DNA from: the human T2T-CHM13v2.0 reference genome, Homo sapiens
DNA: 64,000 nt
Assembly: GCF_009914755.1 (NCBI RefSeq)
Contig: NC_060947.1
Reading direction: 5' to 3' (one strand)
Part shown: piece after piece, positions 51,521 through 64,000 of the stretch
Layout: the number at the start of each line of letters is the position of its first letter
How positions within the stretch are numbered: position 1 is the stretch's first letter
Notes under the pieces: model-generated
The model's input: only the letters and a program-made list of their open reading frames with translations
What the model was told of the DNA's origin: nothing
Databases searched by the model: none
Program-made: the position numbers and the translations under genes

Positions 51521-52877
51521 GGCACCGGGAGCACTCTGTCCTACAAGAGAAACAGTCTGAGTCTTTCCAGCTGCAGGACCTTTGGTCCCATGGAGGGAGA
51601 AATCAGTGAAGTCTGGCCACACTCAGTCACCTGGAATCAGGAGTTGCATTTCTCCATCCGTGGCTTATCTGTCCCTGAGTAAGGCCATGGGGAGAAGTCA
51701 GATGAAAACAGGGAGCCAGGGGTCTCTGGGAGAAGTATTGATTGGGGATGACATGTTTCCTATGGGCAAAGCAGCCTTGAGTCTTTGGAGGGGGTTGGCT
51801 AATGTTGTTAGTAGTTTCCCTGAGGCCAGGCTTACCCTGAAAGATGTACAGACCCTTGTTGGGAAGGCAGAGATGTGACTGTGTAATTTTATTCAGTGGG
51901 GGCGTTCTGACACCCTCACTCAATGAATAAAGGAAGGGAAGTGAGTCCCAGAGATAACATGGTCTCTCTGGTGATGGATCTGATCAGGCAGAGGGATGGG
52001 GGTTCTGTTCTGTTGAAGAGAAATGAGCATCGCTACTATGAACGGATTTAGAAGCTATTACTGGGTGATTTGTAAATTATTAGAAGGAAGAGAGCTAGAA
52101 TTTCTGAGACTACAAGAGCCCGGGAACACTTAGAGAGAATGTGGGGTGTTTCAACATGCACAATCAGCCAGGCTCGGTGGCTCACTCCTGTAATCCCAGC
52201 ACATTGGGAGGCCAAGGCGTGCAGATCGCTTGAGCCCAGGAGGTCAAGACCAGGCTGGGAAAAATAGCAAAACTCTCGTGTCTACAAAAAATACAAAAAG
52301 TTAGCTGGGGGTGGTGTAGCAGGCCTGTACCATCCCAGCACTTTGGGAGGCCAAGGTGGGCGGATCACTTGAGCCCAGGAGCTTGAGACCAGCCTGGTCA
52401 ACATAGCGAAACAATTTCTACTAAAACAAAACAAAATAAAAACACCTTAGCCCTTAGCAGAAGTGGGATGGTGTGCACCTGTAGTCCCAAGGCCTAGGCA
52501 ACAGGATCACTTGAGCCCAGGAGGAAAGATTTGAGTGAGTTTTTTTTTTTTTTTTTGGTCAGACAAGGTCTTGCTCTGTTGCCCAGGCTGGGGTGCACTG
52601 GCGTGATCATGGTCACTGCAACCTCCGCCTCATAGGTTCAAGTGATCCACCAGCTGTGGCCTCCAAAACTGCTGGGATTACAAGTGTGAGCCACCGCGCC
52701 CCGCCCAAATTTCTTAAGTTACTGCAGAGTTCCCAGGAAAAATCCCATACTTGAAAAAGTTAGAAACTGACAGGAAAGATTTGAGATGGCGACCTGCCTC
52801 ATATACACTCCTTATTAAAACTAGATAACAAATGCACCACGGAGGAGGGGAGGGGTAGGAAGAATGGAAAAAGAAAA

Positions 52878-53200
52878 TCAGCAAATGCTTACTCTGATTT
52901 TGGAAGAATCGAAAGAATCAGAGCGTGCGTACTCTGTGGAAAAATCGAGAGAGAGAGAAAGTCAGAGCATGCGTACTCTGAACTTAAAGTAGCCAATCCC
53001 AGGGTATGCTTTAGGCGGGAAAATTAGAGTCTCCACCCCCACTTTGAGAAGGTGCTGTCCCTGGAGGTTGGACTGACAGACGCCACATCAGCTTCGCTTG
53101 TTCCGCCTACTGTTCTGACTTCTGATTGGCCAAATGGAGTTCACTAACTGCTCTGATTGGTCCATCTCCTTGGGCAGTGACATTGCACAATATTGTCTCC
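52878..53200 (-). promoter_or_regulatory. SSX5: SSX5 promoter/exon 1, head-to-head with the OAT retrocopy
   Basis: CCAAT boxes (~52993, ~53125, ~53156), E2F-like TAGGCGGGAAAA (~53012), three TCAGAG-N8-CTCTGA-like units, donor CAGA|GTAAGC at 52892. Confidence 0.7.
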
Positions 53201-53240
53201 TCCTCCAGCCACACTTTGTTGCCACTGCAACACCCAAAAA

Positions 53241-55620
<2,380 letters not shown>

Positions 55621-56484
55621 TGAACATGGCCGGGTACAGCAGTTCACACTTGTAATCCCAGCACTTTGGGAGGGCGAGGTGGACAGATCACTTGAGGTCA
55701 GGAGTCCATTGTTGCTATTGCTGTTGCTGAGACAGAGTCTCACTCTGTCGCCCAGGCTAGAGTGCAGTGTCTCGGCTTACAGCAACCTCCGTCTCCCGGG
55801 TTCAAGCGATTTTCCAGCCTCAGCCTCCCGAGTAGCTGTGACTACACGTGCGCACCGCTACGCCCAGGTAATTTTTGTATTAGTAGTAGAGATGGGGTTT
55901 CAACATATTGGCAAGGCTGGTCTTGAACTCCTGACGTCATGATCCGCCCACCTCAACCTCCCAAAGTGCTGGGATAACAGGATGAGCCACTGTGCCTGGC
56001 CAATAGTTCATTTTTATTACTGAGTAGTATTCCATGGTATGGATGTACCACAGTTTGACCATTCACTTATTGTAGGATATATTGATTATTTCCAGCTATT
56101 GACTATTACAAGTAAAGCTGCTATGAACAATTATGTACAAGTTTCTGGATGGGCATACATTTTAATTTCTCTGAAGTGTAATTGTTGAATTGTATGGTCA
56201 TTGCATGTTTAGTTTTATAAGAAACTACCAAACTGCTTTCCAGAGTGGCTGTAAGATTTTACCTTCCCAGCAGCACTTAATGAGGTGTCCATTTTCTCTG
56301 CATCCTTGTCACCATTTGGTGTTGTCACTATGTCTTTTATTTTAGCTATTGTAATAAGTGTGTAGTGATACCTCATCGTGGTGTTATTCTGCATCTAGTG
56401 AAGCAAATGAGGGCTGAACATCTTTTCATGTGCTTATTTGCTTATTTCCTCTTCAGTGAAATGTATGCTCATATCTTTTCATGA

Positions 56485-56712
<228 letters not shown>

Positions 56713-57452
56713 TAGTAGAAATGGGTTTTTGCTATGTTTCCCAGGCTGGTCTCGAACTCCTGACCTCAAGGGATCTGCCCTCCGTCCACCTTGACCTTTC
56801 AAAGTGCTGGGATTACAAGTGTGAGCCACCATGCTCAGCCAACCATTGAGTTTTGAGAGTAGTATATATATCCATTATATATTCTGGATGTGAGTCCTTT
56901 CTTGGATATGTGGTTTGCAAACATTTTCTCCCAGGTCATACCCTGTTTTTTCATCCTTTTAACAAGATTTCTTGCAGAGCAAAAGTTTTAAATTGGATGA
57001 AATCTAATTTATTTTTTTCCTTATGGATTATGCTTTTTGAACCATTGACTATGCCCTAGATCTCAGACGTTTCTCTTATATTTTCTTGTAAAAGTTTTCT
57101 TTTAGTTTTATATTTTAGATTTAAATCTATGATCGACTTCAGTTACTTTTTTGTATAAAGGTTTGAAGATTAGGGCTTTTTTTTTTTTTTGGCCTGTGGC
57201 TCTGCAACTGCTCCAGCACCATTTGTTAAGCAGACTATCCTTCCTTCTTTTTGTCTCTTGGTAAAAAATCAGTGTGGGGCTATTTCTAGGTTCTCTATTT
57301 TGTTCCAGTGATCTATGTGTCTATTCTTCTCCCAGTACTACACAGTCTTGATTCCTGTAGCCATATAAGAAGTATTGAAATATGGTAGAGCCATTCCTCC
57401 CACCTTATTCTTCTTTTTCAAAAATTGTCTTAGCTATATAAATATTTTTTGA

Positions 57453-57665
<213 letters not shown>

Positions 57666-58964
57666 TGAAGCGATCCGCCCATCTCCGCCTTCCAAAGTGC
57701 TGGGATTACAGGCGTGAGCCACCACTCCCAGCGTTGTCTTAGCTATTGACAATTTGTTACAGCAACAATCAAAAATGAATATACATAGAAACAGATCAGT
57801 GAAACAAAATAGAAAGTCAAGAAACAGACTAATTTATATACCAACTTCAGCATGCATTTCCAAACAGTGGGCAAAAGATGGGGTGTATAATAAAGGATTG
57901 TATAATAAAGGATTGTTGTCTATCCATTTGGAAAAATAAACATTAAATCCTTACTTTCAACCAGATAAAATAATAAATTCTAAAAATTCAGAGACTTAAA
58001 TATGAAAAAGTGAAGTCATAAAGAACTAGATGACAATTTAGGAAAATATTACAGTGTAAGACATCTTGAGTTGGCATAGGCAGTTCCTGACATTACACCA
58101 AGGCTATAAACAATTAATCTGACATAGGATGTAAAAATTAAAGTATCATGTAAGTCAAAAGACACCATAAACAACTATTTAAAAAGGCAAATTTTAGGCC
58201 GGGCGCGGGGGCTCACGCCTGTAATCCCAGCACTTTAGGGGGCTAAGGAGGGCAGATCACAAAGTCAGGAGATCGAGACCATCCTGGCTACCACCGCGAA
58301 ACCCTGTCTCTACTAAAAGTACAAAAAATTAGCCGGGCATGCTGGCACACACCTGTAGTCTCAGCTACTTGGAAAGCTGAAGTAGGAGAATTGCTTGAAC
58401 ACAGGAGGCAGAGGTTGTAAATTTAAGAGGAAGGAGGTGATTTCAATAAGCAATGGTGAGGAGAAAAATAGTACAATTTATTGAAAAGTATAAAGTTTAG
58501 ATTGTAAATTTAAAAAATTATAGTCTTGAACTAAAATTGCAGATGGGAGGAGGGACAGGAAAGAAAAGAGAAGTTCTTTTGTTGTTCAAGGAATGGATAC
58601 AGATTCTAATGAATGATAGAATGGTAGAATGATTAAAAACACTAGCATTTCATTTTGTTTTATTTTAGACAGAGCCTCACTCTGTTGCCCAGGCTAGAGT
58701 TCCATAGCACAATCGTGGCTCACTGTAGCCCCAGCCTCCTCAGCTCAAGTGATCCTCCTGCCTCAGCCTCCCATGTAGCTGGGACTACAGGCGTGCACCA
58801 CCACCCCTGGTTAATTAAATTTTTTTATTTTTTAGTAGAGACAGGGTCTTGCTATGTTGCCCAGGCTGATCTTGAACTATTGTCCTCAAGCAATCCTCCC
58901 ACTTCTGCTTCTCAAAGTGGTGGGATTACAGCCATGACCCACTGTGCCCAGTTAACACTAGCAT

Positions 58965-59180
58965 TTTATAGTACAAACTCTGGAGCCAGACAGCTTGGGT
59001 TCAGTTTCTGGCTTCTCAACTTTTTAAGCTGTGTGACCTTGTGTAAGTCATATAACCTTTCTGTGTCTCAGGCTACTCAAAAGTAAACTGGGGATAACCA
59101 CACTAGCTCATTTGATTGCTGTGATTAAATGGGCAAATACATGTAAAGCACTTAGAATAGTGCCTGTCATGTGGTTAAGT
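58965..59180 (+). mobile_element. MIR SINE
   Basis: ctctggagccagacagcttgggttca...gctgtgtgaccttg...tgtaaagcacttagaatagtgcctg. Confidence 0.8.
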
Positions 59181-59937
59181 GGTATATATCTTTTAGCTGT
59201 TTATATATATATATATAGATATAGTTTAGTTTAGTTGTTAGTAATGACTTCAAATTACTTTTAAAATGTAAAGGCATAAAGGCATATCTGGTTCCAGAAG
59301 AAGATGGTGAACCAGCAATAGCTGCTGGCTTCCTTCCCAAACCCAACCCTGCAGATGCCACAGAAGAGGTGGGAAGTGGTTGGAGTTCAGAACAGTTCCT
59401 GTAACAAAACCCTTGATGGTTTAGCCCCACTGGGGGAAAAGGTCAGAGGCCACAGATGGAGGATCAGCCCAGGTGGAGCTTTCTAAGTTGCATTCTTGTT
59501 TTCTCCTTGTTTTCTGGAAGCCTTATTACCTGTTGTGTAAACATATAGAGCAGACACTTGGCAGGGCTGGCCTAGTGCTAGCCCAAAGTGGCCTGATAAC
59601 ATTAAGGAATAGGGGGCTTGGAAAGCTCCTAGAAAAAGTGCAGTCTCATCAAAGCTGGCCAGTAACTGAGCATTCCTTTTCTACCTCTCCCTCTGCCCTC
59701 TGAGCTAGGCAATTACAACCAATATCACCCACCCGTAGACTCCCTCCACGCTGTAAGGCAGAAATCCCGTAAGCGTCTCTGGGGGCTCATAGGCTAGGGA
59801 CTGGAAAGAAGAATTGGCTCAGCTCAGCTCTAGAGGCTCCGTATCCTACAACCTATCAATCCAGAAACCTTGAAACTCGTGTGGGGTGTTTGGGCTGACA
59901 CACCTTCCCAGGAACAAAGAGTTATGTAGAAAAACTA

Positions 59938-60266
<329 letters not shown>

Positions 60267-62280
60267 TTATTACACCATTGTATCCTTGCCTCCAGTGTGG
60301 TGTTTGAGAGATCTGATGTCAGTTCAATTATTTTTCCTCTGTAAGTAACCTGCTATTTCTCTCTGATCATTTTAAAAATATTTTTTCTTTCTTTCACAAT
60401 TTTACATTTCACTGTTCCTGTGTGTGTGTACTATAATACCTTTAAATCTTAAGTCATTTTTTTTAATCTGAGAAATTCTCTTTCATTATTTATTTGGGGT
60501 ACACTCTCCTTTTTAATGACTATATTCTCTTCTTATAAGGCTACTATTAGATGTGTTTTGACATTTATTCTATCCTTCCTATTAATTAACTTTTCTTTCA
60601 TTTACTTTATCTCTATCCATTACCGATTACTTTTATGAATTCTTTAGACACATTTTCTCAGTTCAGTAATTGCTTTTTCAACTATATCCGTTTTAATATC
60701 CAACCTATTCCACTGAATTATTTATTTGAGCATTTAATGTTTTCATATCCAATCTATCCAATAGGTTATTTATTTATTTATTTATGATGGAGTCTTGCTC
60801 TGTCACCCAGGCTGGAGTGCAGTGGCGCGATCTTGGCTCACTGCACCTCGCCTCCTGAGTCCAAGCAATTCTCCTGCCTCAGTAGAGAATTAAAAAAAAA
60901 AATAGCTGCATTTCGTGGTGCGTACCTGTAGTCCCAGCCACTCGGGAGGCTGGGGCAGGAGGATTGCTTTGGCCCTGGAGTTTGAGGCTGCAGTGAGCTA
61001 GGATTGGGTCACTGCACTCTAGCCTAAGTGACAGAGTGAGACAAAGTCTCTGTCTCTGAAAAATAAGAAAAAAGATTGTAGGGACGATTTTACTCAGAGT
61101 GGGGAGTACTATGATATGTACACGGGCCACTGCAATGGGGTTTTGGGTTAGGAGAGTGATATCGGGATCAACTTCAACTCCACCAAGGGCAAGTGGGGAT
61201 TTATAGTCAAGGAGTAGGGTCAGGGGGTCAGAAGATGGGAAATTACTTGGAGGAGACATCAGGTGCAGGCAGATTCTGGCTAAACAGACTTGACAGGAAT
61301 TTTGCTGAAACAGGCTAAATGGGCAGAGTCCCTGGATGGAGAGGCATGAGCCACCTCATCCAGCCAACTAGCTTTGTTTAATATGTCAGTTTTCATAAGT
61401 AATCTAGGTATAATTGTTAAAAATGAATAAAAGAGGTAAATGTGAGATACATGTTTATAAATGAACTTTTCATGTAATTTGAAATCTTTTTTCTCTTGCT
61501 CTTATCATAGGAAGATGAAATATTAAAGTTATGTTATGTTAGATTTAGTAATAGGTACTCGTTAAATGTCGGGATCACTTCCATCTAAGAAAATAACTGA
61601 TACAAATCGCTAAACATAAATACAAGTTTGTTCTTGGCCCTTAAGTTTTATAAAAGAGAAAAGATATTTGGATCTGTTAATAAAATGCCCTGTTCTACAT
61701 TGAAAATGTAGAAAATTGTTCTGGCCGGGGGAGGTGGCTCACGCCTGTAATCCTAGCACTTTGGGAGGCCGAGGTGGGTGGATCACGAGGTCAAGAGATC
61801 AAGACCATCCTGGCCAACATGATGAACCCCCGTCTCTACTAAAAATACAAAAATTAGCTGGGTGTGGTGGTGGGCACCTGTAGTCCCAACTACTTGGGAG
61901 GCTGAGGCAGGAGAATCGCTTGAACCCAGGAGCAGAAGTTTCTGTGAGCCTAGATTGAGCCACTGCACTCCTGCCTGGTGACAGAGCGAGACTCCGTCTC
62001 AAAAAAAAAGTCCTATAAAAATATTTTTAAAGATTATAAAATATATATTCATGATATGTTAATATATAACAATTCCAAACTACTTTCTAGATTTTTACTA
62101 AAAATTAAGGTTATGGCCGGGCGTGGTGGCTCATGCCTGTAATCTCAGCACTTTGGGAGGCTGAGGCAGGTGGATCACGAGGTCAGGAGTTCGTGAGCCA
62201 ACATGGCGAAACCCCGTCTCTACTAAAAGTAAAAAAGTTAGCCAGATGTGTTGGCCCATGCCTGTAATCCCAGCTACTCA

Positions 62281-62500
<220 letters not shown>

Positions 62501-64000
62501 CAATATAAAAATGAAAAATTGTAGGACTAAGACTGGGGGTAAAAAAATGATGGAATGTCTAGGCAAGTTGCTGAGGGTTTATGAAGGATGAGCCTTGGGA
62601 AGGGAGTCTTATATATCATCTGGTTGGTTGGGATTGAAAAGAAATTGTTTATCAGTTTTTCTAAAAATTGAACATTAGTATCAAGGGTGCACTGAAGCAG
62701 GGTGAGTCTGCTCCTCTAGGTTTGAAACAGGTTTTCTTAACATGTTGATCTGTTTTTCTTTATCTTTTAAATAATCAGTCTAAAAAAACAGGGATTTTGT
62801 TTTAAGATAGTTTCTTAACTGCATTTATTAGGTTTTTGTTTTTGTTTTGTTTTCTGAGACGGAGTCTCGCTCTGTCACCCAGGCTGGAGTGCAGTGGTGT
62901 GATCCAGCCACTGTAGTAAGCAAGGTTGCTCACTGCAACCTCCATCTCCCAGGTTCAAGTGATTCTACTGCTTCAGCCTCCCGAGTAGCTTGGATTACAG
63001 GTGCCCACCACCACGGCCGGCTAATTTTTGTCTTTTTAGTAGAGATGGGGTTTCACCATGTTGGCCAGGCTGGTCTCCAACTCCCGACCTCAAGTGATCT
63101 GCCTGCCTTGGCATCCCAAAGTGCTGAGATTACAGGTGTAAGCCCCCACACCCAGCTATAATTAGCAATAATGTAATAAATTTAGTTTGTACAATGGTTT
63201 TGAATGAAGATCCCAAGCCTAGGGGCCACCAGCTAAACAAATCAGAAGACTACGGGGCAATTGAGTGAGACCTCTTATAGTCTTTGAGTAGTATTTTGGG
63301 ACTGGGTTGAATTAAAGCAGAGTGCCGACTCTATAAAAGGGACCACTAGGTGAAGGAAAAGATTTGGGGTCAGGTTCTGTCAAGTGAAAAATGTAGACAT
63401 TCAGGGGGTAAGATTCTCATTATGATATGAAGACTTATTCTGGCATCTTGAGAAAAGCTGTCTACAGTGTGGAAACATCAACTTCTCATCCTGACTTGTC
63501 GAGCAAATGTCTCTGGTTATGGCATTGGACAGTTTGGTGAACTTTTTATGTGGTCCATACATCAGGCATGAGACTTGTTCTTTAAAATTTGTGCAGTTTC
63601 ACCTTGTAGGACTTGTAAATCAAAAATAAAATCCTAAGCCCCCTGCCCCCAACCATCTGAAAAGACTTCCTCCTAAGCCAGGGCTCTTTTAAAATTTAAC
63701 CTGAGAGACGGTTTCAGGCCATGACAGGAAGTGGGGGTCAGACATGCCTCATTATACTTCTCTGGCATCAACATCAACACAGACTTGAAGTCTGATAAGA
63801 AACATGTTGGCCGGGCGCGGTGGCTCACGCCTGTAATCCCAGCACTTTAGGGGGCTGAGGAGGGCGGATCATGAGGTCAGGAGATCAACACCATCCTAGC
63901 TAACATAGTGAAATCCGGTATCTACTAAAAATACAAAAAATTAGCCGGGCGTGGTGGCACATGCCTGTAGTCTCAGCTACTCAGGAGGCTCAGGCAAGAG

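Overview
Primate (almost certainly human) X-chromosome DNA from the Xp11.23 SSX/OATL1 segmental-duplication cluster. It is dominated by a large, diverged inverted duplication (about 6.1-31.8 kb vs 35.7-58.2 kb). Each arm carries an OAT processed pseudogene head-to-head with an SSX cancer-testis gene. The right arm holds an intact minus-strand gene whose spliced CDS (567 nt, 188 aa, KRAB-related domain plus SSXRD) matches SSX5, including its 123-nt alternative exon. The left arm holds a multiply disabled SSX pseudogene on the plus strand. Also present: an S100A11 processed pseudogene in the spacer, a tailless U6 pseudogene, a 5S rRNA pseudogene, Tigger1, L1, MER4/MER31/MER65-like ERV sequences, dozens of Alus and microsatellites. 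I found no convincing wholly new biological system. The most interesting signals are: a copy-number-variable tandem array of internally deleted Alu monomers upstream of each SSX promoter; an open Tigger1/L1-derived cassette exon that would give SSX5 an SSXRD-less isoform; a probable L1 3' transduction; and several rearrangement breakpoints readable at base level. Family assignments are from recalled consensus and reference sequences, not database searches.
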